Positions 1-9,622 of a DNA stretch of 64,000 bases are shown piece after piece. Source of the DNA: an uncultured Verrucomicrobiota bacterium (GTDB taxonomy: Bacteria; Verrucomicrobiota; Verrucomicrobiia; Limisphaerales; UBA8199); contig CAZDOO010000001.1 in the NCBI GenBank assembly GCA_964507045.1, positions 1 to 64,000 of the forward strand. The letters run 5' to 3'. The notes below the pieces were generated by a model. That model was not told the origin of the DNA and did not search any database. It worked only from the letters and a program-made list of their open reading frames with translations. How positions within the stretch are numbered: position 1 is the first letter of the stretch; each line of letters begins with the position of its first letter. A program made the position numbers and the translations under genes.

Positions 1-117
1 TTTGCATGCGCTCAGCTTACCTCGCCCACCCCCTGCACGAAAGTGAGATGCCCCCCCGACCTCGCCGTCAGCACCTTGAACTTGTCGCCGAGTGCCTTTC
101 TGTTAGGCTTCAAAGAG

Positions 118-1170
118 ATGCGAAAAGTTTTCCAATGGGCGCTGGCGTTGCTGGCCCTGCCGGTGGCGGCGGCGGAGCACAAGTTTGACTTCAGCGGAGT
201 GGGGGAGGGCCAGGTTCCTCCCGGGTTCCGCAGCACCGTGACCGGGTACGGCAAGCCGGGGAATTGGCAGGTGGTCATGGACGAGGTGCCGCCCCTGCTG
301 CCGACGCTTACACCCGGGGCGCGGACGGTTGCCAAGAAACCGGTGCTGGCCCAACTGGCTCAGGATCCGACGGACGAGCACTTCCCGCTGCTGATCTATG
401 AGGGGGACACGGTTGCGGATTTCAAGCTGACCACGCGGTTCAAGACGGTCCAAGGCAAGGTGGAGCAGATGGCGGGGATCGCCTTTCGCATTCAGAACGA
501 GACAAACTACTACGTCGTGCGCGCCAGTTCGCTGGGCAACAACCTCCGCTTCTACAAGGTCACCCAGGGATTGCGCGGGCAATTGGTCGGACCGGAGGTG
601 CCGGTGCCCAGCGGGGTCTGGCAGGAATTGACGGTGGAGTGCCTGGGCAACTCCATCCGCTGCCTGCTTAACGGCAAGGAGCTGATTAACGTGACGGATA
701 AGGTGAACCCGTTCACCAGCGGGAAGATTGGGTTTTGGACGAAATCCGACGCGGTGAGCTACTTTGCCGACACGCGGCTGGTGTACACGCCGCACGAACC
801 GCCGGCGCAGGCGCTGGTGCAAGCGACTTTGAAGAAGTATCCGCGGCTGCTCGGGCTGCAAGTTTACGTGCTGGGCAGTGAGCCGAAAACCACGCGCCTG
901 CTGGCCAGCAAGCACGCGGCGGAGGTGGGCCGGGCCGGCGGGAGAGTCGAACTGGATGTCATTGGCCAGGGCACGCCCTATTATGGGCGGGACAGGGAGT
1001 CGGTTAATGTGGTTCTGCCGTTGCGGGACCGAAACGGAGAACCGATCGCCGCCGTGCGGGTGATCATGAAGCCGTCCAATGGCGAAACCGAGCAGCATGC
1101 CTTTGCCCGGGCACTGCCAGTCGTCCGGGAGATGCAGAACCGGGTTGCCTCCCTCCAGGACTTGCAGTGA
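118..1170 (+). CDS. secreted DUF1080 (3-keto-disaccharide hydrolase-like, LamG jelly-roll) protein
   Basis: Signal peptide MRKVFQWALALLALPVAAA. Motifs FRIQNETNYYVV, IRCLLNGKELINV and GKIGFW resemble the DUF1080 family. Start chosen at the internal ATG that begins the signal peptide. Confidence 0.55.
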   Translation: MRKVFQWALALLALPVAAAEHKFDFSGVGEGQVPPGFRSTVTGYGKPGNWQVVMDEVPPLLPTLTPGARTVAKKPVLAQLAQDPTDEHFPLLIYEGDTVADFKLTTRFKTVQGKVEQMAGIAFRIQNETNYYVVRASSLGNNLRFYKVTQGLRGQLVGPEVPVPSGVWQELTVECLGNSIRCLLNGKELINVTDKVNPFTSGKIGFWTKSDAVSYFADTRLVYTPHEPPAQALVQATLKKYPRLLGLQVYVLGSEPKTTRLLASKHAAEVGRAGGRVELDVIGQGTPYYGRDRESVNVVLPLRDRNGEPIAAVRVIMKPSNGETEQHAFARALPVVREMQNRVASLQDLQ

Positions 1171-1353
1171 GCACGCCGGCAGTGGCGCAAGCCGGGCCTT
1201 CGGCTCCTCCGGGGGTGCGCCGGTGCCAGCCGGGTGCTGGTGGCCATCCTCAATCGTGAGACCCTGGAGGTCGGATTTACCAGCTTTTCCAAAGAATTCC
1301 GTCAGTTTCCGGGTCGAGCGCAAAGTCGGCGAGCTTTATGCTGTCGCAGAAGC

Positions 1354-1899
1354 ATGAAGCAGGGCGTGTTTATTGAACGGGATGGGGTATTGAACCGGGT
1401 GCGAGTCGAACGGCGGCACCAGGTCAGCCCGCTGACGCTGGAAGAGTTCGCCGTGAACGCGGCGGCGGCCCCCTGGCTCGGCAAGCTCAAAGCCGCCGGG
1501 TTGCTGCTCATCGCCACCACGAACCAACCCGGCCTGTCGCGCGGATACCAATCCCGGCGCGAGCTGGACCGGATGCACGACTTGCTGCGCGGTTCGCTGC
1601 CGCTGGATGATATCCTGATATGTCCGCACGACGAAACGGACCATTGTCCGTGCCGCAAACCCAAGCCCGGCCTGATACTGGAGGCGGGTTTCAAGTGGCA
1701 CCTGGACTTGGACCGGTCATTTGTCATCAGCGACAAATGGCAGGACGCCGAGGCAGCTCGGGCGGCGGGTTGCACCTCGCTGCTGCTGGAATCGCCCTGG
1801 GTGGGGGAAGGGCACCATGATTTTGTGCTGCCCAGCCTGGAAGCAATCGTGGACAAGGTGCTCGGCCTGCGGACGTTGCGCCGGGTGCTGACAGCCTAG
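1354..1899 (+). CDS. gmhB: D-glycero-D-manno-heptose 1,7-bisphosphate phosphatase (HAD family)
   Basis: N-terminus MKQGVFIERDGVLN carries the HAD motif I (DxD). A CPHDETDHCPCRKPKPG zinc-binding loop and the 180 aa size are typical of GmhB. Confidence 0.8.
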   Translation: MKQGVFIERDGVLNRVRVERRHQVSPLTLEEFAVNAAAAPWLGKLKAAGLLLIATTNQPGLSRGYQSRRELDRMHDLLRGSLPLDDILICPHDETDHCPCRKPKPGLILEAGFKWHLDLDRSFVISDKWQDAEAARAAGCTSLLLESPWVGEGHHDFVLPSLEAIVDKVLGLRTLRRVLTA

Positions 1900-1965
1900 C
1901 CGGGCATCTGGCCCGCAAGAATCTGTGCCGGCAATGCCGACGAATTCGGGTGCCCACCCTACCTG

Positions 1966-2874
1966 TCAGGGGTCGGGCAGCATCATTTCTCCCGGCGCGC
2001 GGACCGGTTTGGGCGTGTCTTTCACCGGAACCGCCGGTTGGGACGGGGGCACATCGGTGGGGCTGGGGCGGCGAACTCCGCCTGAGACCAGGATCTTTCC
2101 GTCCATATCCGGCTGGAGCCGTGGCCGCTTGTCCACGTAGTCGTAGGTGCGGCGTGCGATCACCTCGCCCTGCGGGCTCACGACGAGGTAATCGAATGAG
2201 TGTGCCCCGTCCTGATGGAGGAGGTGGAGATTGCTGAACTTGTCCACCTGCGGGTCCGGCCGGCCGAAGGAAACCGTCGGGCCGACGGGAATGACGCGAA
2301 AAGTCTGCATCCCGGCGGAATCGGTCAGGCGCACGTAAAGTCGGAGCTGCTTGCTGAGGTAGTTTGCCTGCTGCAGGATAAATTTGCGGACTTCCGGCAT
2401 GGCGTTGGTGGCGCCTTCGGCATTAGGGACGCCGATTTCCTGCTCCCACAATTTGGCGCCATCAATGATGTTAAACTCTTTGGGCGGGCTGGTAATCTCG
2501 CGGTTCCACTCTTTAATTCGCACGGTGGCGCTGATGGCGTAGCGGCCCGAACGGCCAATGGAGAAGTAAGGCGCCAAGTCCACATGCTTCGTGGCCACTT
2601 TGGAGGACTCCAGGGTAAACGCGCCGACGACCGGCACTTCACCGGTCTTGGGCACCACATCCATACCGCGCCCCTGGACCGAGAACACCAGCCAATCGTT
2701 ATCCTCACCCAAGCGCAGGCTCTGGCCGGAGCGATTGGTGATGCGCACCGCCGTGGTCAGCGCCTCGCCCGGCAGAAATTGGTCCTGGTCTTGCGTAACC
2801 TCCACCGTGACCTGTGCTGATGCCGGCGCCAAGCCGACGGCCAGCAGAATCAGCGATAAGCCCAATGCTTTCAT
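1966..2874 (-). CDS. secreted hypothetical protein
   Basis: N-terminal signal peptide MKALGLSLILLAVGLAPASAQ. No recognisable catalytic motif. Confidence 0.5.
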   Translation of the reverse strand: MKALGLSLILLAVGLAPASAQVTVEVTQDQDQFLPGEALTTAVRITNRSGQSLRLGEDNDWLVFSVQGRGMDVVPKTGEVPVVGAFTLESSKVATKHVDLAPYFSIGRSGRYAISATVRIKEWNREITSPPKEFNIIDGAKLWEQEIGVPNAEGATNAMPEVRKFILQQANYLSKQLRLYVRLTDSAGMQTFRVIPVGPTVSFGRPDPQVDKFSNLHLLHQDGAHSFDYLVVSPQGEVIARRTYDYVDKRPRLQPDMDGKILVSGGVRRPSPTDVPPSQPAVPVKDTPKPVRAPGEMMLPDP

Positions 2875-2957
2875 GAGGCTACTCTAAAGCGGGCTGACGG
2901 CGTGGCAAGCCGCAAAACGCGCACGTGAGAAATGCTACCCTCCAGCAGACCGTGCTT

Positions 2958-3977
2958 TTAGAGCCGTCCCAGGCGCGCCTGGACGGCGTTGAAGACGGCT
3001 GCCGGCGGGAGGGCGCGGAGACACGCCATCGGTTCTGCGTAAGCGCAGCGAGGCTTGAGGCAAGGGACACACGGCAGGTCCAGTTGCAGGACGTGATTAA
3101 GCTGGCGATAAGGCCCGGTGCGGCGCGGTTCGGTGGGGCCGAACAGCGCGACCACCGGCTTGCCCAGCGCGGCGGCGACGTGCATCGGGCCGGTATCATT
3201 GGTCACCATCAGCTCGCCGAGCCGGATCCATTCGACCATTTCCGGCAGCGCCAGCCGCCCGGTGAGATCAAGGCACCGCCCGCGATCCGCCTGGGCGATG
3301 GTGTTGCCCAAGGCGTGATCCTGCGCGCTGCCGAGAATGGCAAAGCGTAACTCGGGGTTTGCCGCTGCCAGCCGCCGGACCAACTCGGCGTAAGACTCGG
3401 CGGGCCAGAGCTTGGTCGCCCAGCGCGCGCCCGGTTGAATAACAATCCAGCGGGCTTGTGCCACTGGCCACTTTCGCCGCACGGATTCCGCCAGGCTGGG
3501 GCGCTCCGGAATCCATTGAAACGCCGCGTCCACCGGCACGCCCAGGGGCGGCAGCACGCCGAGGTACCAATCCACCGCATGCGTGAGGAAGGACGGCCGC
3601 CGCACAATCAGATCGTAGAAACCGCGCGCGCCCTCGCGGGGCTCATCCAGGCCAATGGTCAGCTTGCCGTTGGTGAGCCAGGCAAACACCCCGCTGCGCA
3701 GGAGGCACTGCAAATCAATCACCCAGTCAAAGGACTGCTCCCGCAGCCATCGCAGGCTGCGCCAGACCTCGAGCCAGCGCCAGGGCGCGGCCCAGCGCCG
3801 GCGCTCGAACAACACTACCCCGGCCAGGTCGGGATCGCCGTCCAGCAGCGGCGCGAGGGAGGAGTCAATCCACCAGTAGATGTCGCTGCCGGGCAGATGC
3901 CGCTTGATCAGGCGCAGCACCGGCAGCGCCTGCACCACGTCGCCGAGCGAACTTGGCTTGAGAATAAGAATCTTCAA
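2958..3977 (-). CDS. GT9 family ADP-heptose:LPS heptosyltransferase
   Basis: MKILILKPSSLGDVVQALPVL at the N-terminus and GPMHVAAALGKPVVALFGPT near the C-terminus are hallmarks of WaaC/WaaF-type heptosyltransferases. It lies close to gmhB. Confidence 0.8.
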   Translation of the reverse strand: MKILILKPSSLGDVVQALPVLRLIKRHLPGSDIYWWIDSSLAPLLDGDPDLAGVVLFERRRWAAPWRWLEVWRSLRWLREQSFDWVIDLQCLLRSGVFAWLTNGKLTIGLDEPREGARGFYDLIVRRPSFLTHAVDWYLGVLPPLGVPVDAAFQWIPERPSLAESVRRKWPVAQARWIVIQPGARWATKLWPAESYAELVRRLAAANPELRFAILGSAQDHALGNTIAQADRGRCLDLTGRLALPEMVEWIRLGELMVTNDTGPMHVAAALGKPVVALFGPTEPRRTGPYRQLNHVLQLDLPCVPCLKPRCAYAEPMACLRALPPAAVFNAVQARLGRL

Positions 3978-4091
3978 CGGTTGTAATACCGGGGACGAGG
4001 CAAAGCCGCCATTACCAAAATATGACGGAGACGGTGATTGCCGGTGGCGGCCAGAGGAGTCTAGCCACGCAGGGGCAGCCGTTACGACGCG

Positions 4092-4814
4092 TCACCGGCC
4101 GAAGGCGAGGCGCTCGGCCAGGCGAGGCGGCAGGCCGGCGTCCAGGATCTTCTTCTGCGTGGCGGCAATGTCATACTCCAGCCGGCGCAGTTCGATGGTG
4201 CCCTCGTCCACGTCATAGACCACATAGCCGGCTTTGGGATTGTTGTCGCGCGGCTGGCCGATGGCGCTCACATTCACAAAGTACTTCTTGCCCGGCTCGA
4301 CTTTGAACTTGGAGTAGGTTCCGCCCCGCACCAGGTTATCGCGAATGAACGCCACCGGGACATGCGTGTGGCCGAAGAAGCAAACGGCGGTGTTCTGGTA
4401 AGTGAAACTGGCCGCCGCCGCGAGCTTGTCAAACACATATCCCCAGCGTTGCGGCCCGTCGAGGGTGGCGTGGACAATCGTGAAGTTGGTGACCATCCGC
4501 ACGTATTTCAAATCCCGCAGCCACTGCCGATCCTCCGCCGACAATTGCTTGCGCGTCCAGTTCACCGCCTCCGCGGCCGCGGGGTTGAACCCATCCAGCG
4601 GGCCGTCGGTGGAACAATACTCGTCGTGATTGCCCTTGACCACCGGCATGTTCATCCCGCGGATGATATCCAGACATTCCTTGGGGTTGGCATTATAGCC
4701 AACAACGTCGCCCAGGCAGGCGTAGTGGGTGCATTTCTGTTGCTTGATGTCCTCCAAAACAACCTGCAACGCCTCAAGATTGGCGTGTATGTCAGCTATT
4801 ATTGCGAACTTCAT
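4092..4814 (-). CDS. calcineurin-like metallophosphoesterase (YfcE-like)
   Basis: MKFAIIADIHANLEAL, GDVVGYN, GNHDE and FGHTH give the metallophosphatase motifs GDxHG, GDxxDRG and GNHE. Confidence 0.75.
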   Translation of the reverse strand: MKFAIIADIHANLEALQVVLEDIKQQKCTHYACLGDVVGYNANPKECLDIIRGMNMPVVKGNHDEYCSTDGPLDGFNPAAAEAVNWTRKQLSAEDRQWLRDLKYVRMVTNFTIVHATLDGPQRWGYVFDKLAAAASFTYQNTAVCFFGHTHVPVAFIRDNLVRGGTYSKFKVEPGKKYFVNVSAIGQPRDNNPKAGYVVYDVDEGTIELRRLEYDIAATQKKILDAGLPPRLAERLAFGR

Positions 4815-4821
4815 TTAACTT

Positions 4822-5085
4822 CTACCTTACAATTTCGAACCCGCGATACTCACCGTTGGCTTCCTGCCAGGTGACCTCTTCCTGCCGAATAAAATGGTCC
4901 AAGCCCGACTCGCGTATCGCCTGCCGAAACGCTTCCAATTCGTCTTTGGCCCCTTCCACCACCAATTCCACTCCGCCGTCGGGCAGATTGCGCACCACCC
5001 CCGCCGCCTCGAAGCCTGCCGCCACCGATCTCACGGTGTAGCGGAACCCGACGCCCTGGACCTGGCCGGAGTAAAGCACGCGCAT
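4822..5085 (-). CDS. acyP: acylphosphatase
   Basis: VQGVGFRYTV and GVVRNLPDGGVELVVEG are the acylphosphatase signature motifs. Start taken at MRVLYSG. Confidence 0.75.
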   Translation of the reverse strand: MRVLYSGQVQGVGFRYTVRSVAAGFEAAGVVRNLPDGGVELVVEGAKDELEAFRQAIRESGLDHFIRQEEVTWQEANGEYRGFEIVR

Positions 5086-5326
5086 TCTCTTGCGATTCAT
5101 ACGGTTCACCCGTGCCAACGTGTCGCAACCGGTCTGCCTCCGGGAGCAAAATCACCTCGCTGCCGGTGCTGACAACCAGAATGAAGCCACAGTACCTGCC
5201 CCGAAAGCAATCCTTTTATTGCCCCCTGCCGACGCCCGGCACCCCCGCCGCCGTAACTGAACCTGTGGCAAGACTCGGGCAGGGACAGCAACCTTGTTCC
5301 GGGCGGTGCTCTGTCTGGGCAGAGAT

Positions 5327-5405
5327 TGGTCGGAGCGACAGGATTTGAACCTGCGACGTCTTGGTCCCAAACCAAGTGCTCTACCAGGCTGAGCTACGCT
5401 CCGGC
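5327..5405 (-). tRNA. tRNA-Pro (anticodon TGG)
   Basis: The reverse complement reads GCCGGAGCGTAGCTCAGCCTGGTAGAGCACTTGGTTTGGGACCAAGACGTCGCAGGTTCAAATCCTGTCGCTCCGACCA, a cloverleaf with anticodon loop TTTGGGA and a CCA end. Confidence 0.85.
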
Positions 5406-5574
5406 AACCACCGGCCCAGTATCCCACATCCGCTCAGCGCCGCAATCACAAAACGGACTCCAGCCGATTGTCGGCCGCATGTCACCTTCCGGCAATAAAC
5501 CGGGATGCGCCCGTTGTGCCCGGCGCAACCCGACGCCCCCCCGGCTCAGCCGGGACCTGAACCCACCCCCGCAC

Positions 5575-5660
5575 CAGCCCCCCTCCGTCACCCCTCCCTA
5601 GCACCTCTCATAATCTATGAGAGGTGCTAGGGAGGGGTGACGGTGAGGTGACGGTGAAGT
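5575..5660. repeat. intergenic long hairpin element A (arms of about 26 bp around a 6 bp center) with ggtgacggtgagg repeats
   Basis: cgtcacccctccctagcacctctcat, then the center taatct, then atgagaggtgctagggaggggtgacg. The right arm continues into ggtgaggtgacggtgaag. Confidence 0.7.
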
Positions 5661-5912
5661 AGGCCAGGGGGGAGCGGCATTTGACCCGGATCGGGGGGGT
5701 ACCGGCCTTTGGGGCCAGCCGGACCGGGAGCCGACTCCGGCCCGCAAGGGGTGCGGCGCGCAGGTCGGCCTGTAACAAGTGCCTACAATCCGGTCGGCCG
5801 GGCCAGGAGTTGACCCGGGGGCCGACAAGAATGTCGGCGCCCCGCCGCTTGCAGGAGAGTGAGATGCGCGCCCGATTGCTGGTGCGGCGTCTTTCTGGAA
5901 CCGCCGGTCCGA

Positions 5913-7268
5913 CTACGCCTTGTTCAGCTCCGCGCTGTGCGCCTGCACTTTGCGGATCGCTTCCAGGATGTCGTCCATGGCGCTGCGGTTCGCCAGGAGC
6001 ATGTTCTGGGTGAAGGAAACGGTTGTTTCGCAAACCTGCTTGTTGCCTTTCAACTCCTGGAAGCTGTCGCGGTAGGCCTTGAGCCGCTGGGCGCCCCACA
6101 GCCGCTTAAAGCCGCGCGAGGCGATCGCCTCGTCCAGCAGGCCGTCGTAATACTGCTCCCGATACACGCCTCCGCACGGCACCCCTTCGGCTGCCATCGC
6201 CTTGGCGAATTTCTCCCGCGACAGGCCGTTGAACCGCGCCGCGTCGTAGCGGAAGGAGTAGAGGTGCCACACCGGCCGGCTGTTTTCCGGCAGCCGCACG
6301 GGCGTGATGCCGGGGATTTCCCCGAGGTGGGCGCTCAAGTAGTCGGCGTTTGCCCGCCGGATTTCCGTCTCGCGCACCAGCTTGTCGAGCTGCTGCAAGA
6401 GCACGACCGATTGTGCCTGCGTCATCCGGTAATTATTGCCGCGGGTGAAGCTACCGGTTCCCTTATTCGTTCCGACCGCGCGGCCGCAATTGTGATACGA
6501 GTCGCACTTGTCTATGAGTTCCTCGCTCAGGCTCGTGATCGCCCCGCCTTCGCCGGCGGAAAGATGCTTGGATTCCTGGAAGCTGAAGCACCCCAGGTCC
6601 CCCAGTGTGCCGCACTTGCGGCCCTTGTATTCGGCGAGCCACGCCTGGCAGGCGTCCTCGACCACCGCCAGCTTGTGTTTGCGGGCAATGGCGTTGATCA
6701 GGTCCATCTCGCACGGCATGCCGAAGATGTGCACCGGCATGATGGCGCGCGTCCGCTCCGTGATGCGGCTCTCGATCGAAGCCGGGTCCACGGTCAGCGT
6801 GGCCGGGTCCGTGTCCGCGAACACGGGCAGAGCCATCTGCGTAAGAATGGCGTTGTAACTGGCGATGAAAGTGTAGGGCGAGACGATCACCTCGTCGCCG
6901 GCGTCCACGTCCATGACATGGAGGCTGACGATCAGCGCCGTGGTGCCGCTGGTGGTGGCCAGGCAGCGTTTGGCGTCCAGCAGCCTGGCGTAAGCCTGCT
7001 CGAACTCCGCCACGTGTTCCGCCGTGCCCCGGAACCAATGGCAGCTCCGCCAGACCTTGAGCAGCTCCGGCTCCCACTCTGCGCGCCATTGCGGCCAGGA
7101 CGTCCACCCGCCCTTGTGGACGGGGGTGCCGCCCAGCAAGGCCGGCTTGGCCGCCTCGCCGGCAAATACCCGGGGCGCTTGGCCCGCGCCGAGCCAGGTT
7201 AAGGCCATGGAGCCCGCCGCCGTGGTGCGAATAAAACTGCGTCGTGTTAGTGTGGGATTATTCTTCAT
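5913..7268 (-). CDS. TAT-signal DegT/DnrJ/EryC1/StrS family PLP-dependent aminotransferase
   Basis: Twin-arginine motif RRSFIRTTAAGSMA at the N-terminus. The body matches sugar aminotransferases (SFQESKHLSAGEGGAI has the PLP-lysine context). Confidence 0.8.
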   Translation of the reverse strand: MKNNPTLTRRSFIRTTAAGSMALTWLGAGQAPRVFAGEAAKPALLGGTPVHKGGWTSWPQWRAEWEPELLKVWRSCHWFRGTAEHVAEFEQAYARLLDAKRCLATTSGTTALIVSLHVMDVDAGDEVIVSPYTFIASYNAILTQMALPVFADTDPATLTVDPASIESRITERTRAIMPVHIFGMPCEMDLINAIARKHKLAVVEDACQAWLAEYKGRKCGTLGDLGCFSFQESKHLSAGEGGAITSLSEELIDKCDSYHNCGRAVGTNKGTGSFTRGNNYRMTQAQSVVLLQQLDKLVRETEIRRANADYLSAHLGEIPGITPVRLPENSRPVWHLYSFRYDAARFNGLSREKFAKAMAAEGVPCGGVYREQYYDGLLDEAIASRGFKRLWGAQRLKAYRDSFQELKGNKQVCETTVSFTQNMLLANRSAMDDILEAIRKVQAHSAELNKA

Positions 7269-7561
7269 TGCTTTGCTTCCTGGTCGAGGTTTGTCTGGTT
7301 GTCCAGCATTGCTGCCTGTAATTGTCTCGGCGGTCTTACCGCGCCGCCAATTTGGCCCCGCTCCCGCATCGCGGCAATCCCAAACTGCGCCTCAATCATG
7401 GGGCAGGGAACACAGCGGCGTTGTCGGGTCACGGAGCGATGCCCAAATGCCTGCGCGACCGCAATCCCGCGATCCCTTTGCTGCATTACTGCTCGCCCGG
7501 TTCCCTCCCTTCCCGGCTTTCCACTGGACGGCCTGCGGCCCCGTGTTAGAGTGGCTCAAGC

Positions 7562-8785
7562 ATGGCAACCGAAGCGTCCCCCGCGCCGAATAAGATCAAC
7601 CTTCGCCGCCCCGACATCATGGCGGCGGTGCAGGCGCAGGTCTTGTCGCATTACCGCAGCGACCTGGTCGAGCGCATTCGCAACACCGGGCATCTGCTCT
7701 CGGCGGGCGACCTTACCATCAAGCTGGCCAAGGAATTTGGCTTCTGCTACGGCGTCGAGCGGGCGATTGACCTGGCTTACGCCGCGCGCAAAGTCTTCCC
7801 CGACCAGCCGATCTATATCCTGGGGGAGATCATCCATAACCCCGAGGTCAACGATCAAATCCGGGCCATGGGCATCAAGTTCCTCTCCGGCAAGGAAAAG
7901 GACGCGGACATTGGGGACCTGAAGAAGGATGACATCGTCCTCATTCCCGCCTTTGGCACCGAAGTCTCGATGCGCCAGCAGCTCGAAGCCAAAGGCTGCC
8001 GCTTCGTGGACACGACCTGCGGCGACGTGATGAGCGTCTGGAAACGCGTGCGGCAGTACTCCAAGGACAAAGTCACGAGCATCATTCACGGCAAGGCCTG
8101 GCACGAGGAAACCAAGGCCACCAGCTCGCAGGCGATGGCCAACGGCGGCGGCCACTACCTAGTCGTCTTCACCCTGGCCGAGACCGACTATGTCTGCAAC
8201 TACATCCTGAACGGCGGTGACAAAGCCGCCTTTTTGGAGAAGTTCAAGGGCGCGTATTCCGAAGGCTTCGATCCGGACGTCCACCTTCAGGCCATCGGGG
8301 TTGCCAACCAGACGACCATGCTCCGCGGTGAGACCGAGGAAGTGCAGCGGCGCCTCCGCCGCGCCATGGTGCAGAAATACGGCGAGGCCGGAATTGACCG
8401 GCACTTCCGCTTCTTTGACACCATCTGCGGCGCGACCCAGGACCGGCAGGATGCGCTGGAAAAGCTCTTGCAGGACCCCCTCGACCTGCTGCTGGTTATC
8501 GGCGGCTACAATTCCTCCAATACGTCACACCTTGCCGAAATGGGCGAGGCTAAGCTGCCTACCTACTTCATCAAGAACGCTGCGAAGATGAAATCGGACA
8601 AGCTGATTTTCCATTACAACCAGCATGAGCATCAGGAGGTCGAGACCCGGAACTGGCTGCCGCCGGGCCGGATTACGGTCGGCATCACCGCCGGTGCCTC
8701 CTGCCCGAACAACCTCATCGAGGACGCCATCCGGCGACTATTCGAGCTGCGGGGAATCTCGGTCCAGCAAGTCCTGGGCGCCTGA
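7562..8785 (+). CDS. ispH: 4-hydroxy-3-methylbut-2-enyl diphosphate reductase
   Basis: KEFGFCYGVERAI, the HNPEV region and ITAGASCPN cysteine-containing motifs match IspH/LytB. This is a long-form protein of about 400 aa. Confidence 0.85.
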   Translation: MATEASPAPNKINLRRPDIMAAVQAQVLSHYRSDLVERIRNTGHLLSAGDLTIKLAKEFGFCYGVERAIDLAYAARKVFPDQPIYILGEIIHNPEVNDQIRAMGIKFLSGKEKDADIGDLKKDDIVLIPAFGTEVSMRQQLEAKGCRFVDTTCGDVMSVWKRVRQYSKDKVTSIIHGKAWHEETKATSSQAMANGGGHYLVVFTLAETDYVCNYILNGGDKAAFLEKFKGAYSEGFDPDVHLQAIGVANQTTMLRGETEEVQRRLRRAMVQKYGEAGIDRHFRFFDTICGATQDRQDALEKLLQDPLDLLLVIGGYNSSNTSHLAEMGEAKLPTYFIKNAAKMKSDKLIFHYNQHEHQEVETRNWLPPGRITVGITAGASCPNNLIEDAIRRLFELRGISVQQVLGA

Positions 8786-8968
8786 GCGGGGGAGTCTGAA
8801 ATGCGAAGGCCGACAACCGGTTCACCGGGGTAGGGTGCGTATGGGTTGTGGCGGGGATAAAGGGCAGGTCTCGCCGCTTTTCTGGTCCTGGCGCCGCAAA
8901 ATGTCATCCGGGGATGAACGAATTCCCCGGGTGAGCCCAAGACCCAGGCCCCGAGAGCACGCAGGCAC

Positions 8969-9622
8969 TCACTTCTTTTCCTTGGGCACCAGCACCAGCC
9001 TGCCATCGCTGACGCGGATGTCCTCCAGCCCGTGCAAGACCGCCGCCGCCCGCGGGTCGTTGGTGATAGCCGCCGCAAGGTTCTCCCGCCGGATCTTCTG
9101 CATATACACTTCCGGCAGCGGCTGTTGTTTGACTGAAAGTGTCCGCGCTGAGACCCCCAGCACCCCGTTCTGGAATGACACATTGAACGTCGCGCTGCCG
9201 TTGAAGTACCGGCCCTTGAACATGCTCAAACCAACCTCCTGCAAGGGCACGCTCACCTGGCCTCGCAACTGGTCGCCTTCGAGGCTCACATGAATTTTGC
9301 CCTGGACCGCAGATCCTTGCCGGCCATTGGCAATCAGCACATTGACGTCGTCCGCGCTCAAGCGCAGCGGCTCCACCGGGCGCTGCTCTCGGACCGCCGC
9401 CTGGAACGCCTCGAATCGTTTGTTCAGTCTATCAACCTCGCCCTTCGGCATCTGCACCGTCGGCAGCGCCACAGGCTGGGTGTCGGTGTAGTGATTCACC
9501 ATCCTTTTGACAAAATGCCATCCTACCAGCAGCGCCCCCATCACCAGCAGCAGCAGGACAACGGAGATGATGCACCCGTAGAATAAACAGCCCCGGCGGG
9601 GCCTGACAGGTTGCTCGGTCAT
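8969..9622 (-). CDS. hypothetical membrane-anchored protein
   Basis: Start taken at MTEQPVRPRRG, followed by one N-terminal TM helix. Overlaps the upstream carbonic-anhydrase-like gene by 4 nt, suggesting an operon. Confidence 0.5.
   Translation of the reverse strand: MTEQPVRPRRGCLFYGCIISVVLLLLVMGALLVGWHFVKRMVNHYTDTQPVALPTVQMPKGEVDRLNKRFEAFQAAVREQRPVEPLRLSADDVNVLIANGRQGSAVQGKIHVSLEGDQLRGQVSVPLQEVGLSMFKGRYFNGSATFNVSFQNGVLGVSARTLSVKQQPLPEVYMQKIRRENLAAAITNDPRAAAVLHGLEDIRVSDGRLVLVPKEKK

Noticed and set aside
103-1323. 406 aa minus-strand ORF antisense to the DUF1080 gene
   Set aside because: High-GC genomes generate long stop-free antisense frames. The product is Arg/Pro/Leu-rich low-complexity sequence with no motifs, and the sense-strand gene has clear signal-peptide and domain evidence.
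5859-7202. 447 aa plus-strand ORF overlapping the aminotransferase gene
   Set aside because: It is antisense to a well-supported DegT-family gene. Its composition (Arg/Ala/Gly-rich) is typical of spurious GC-driven ORFs.
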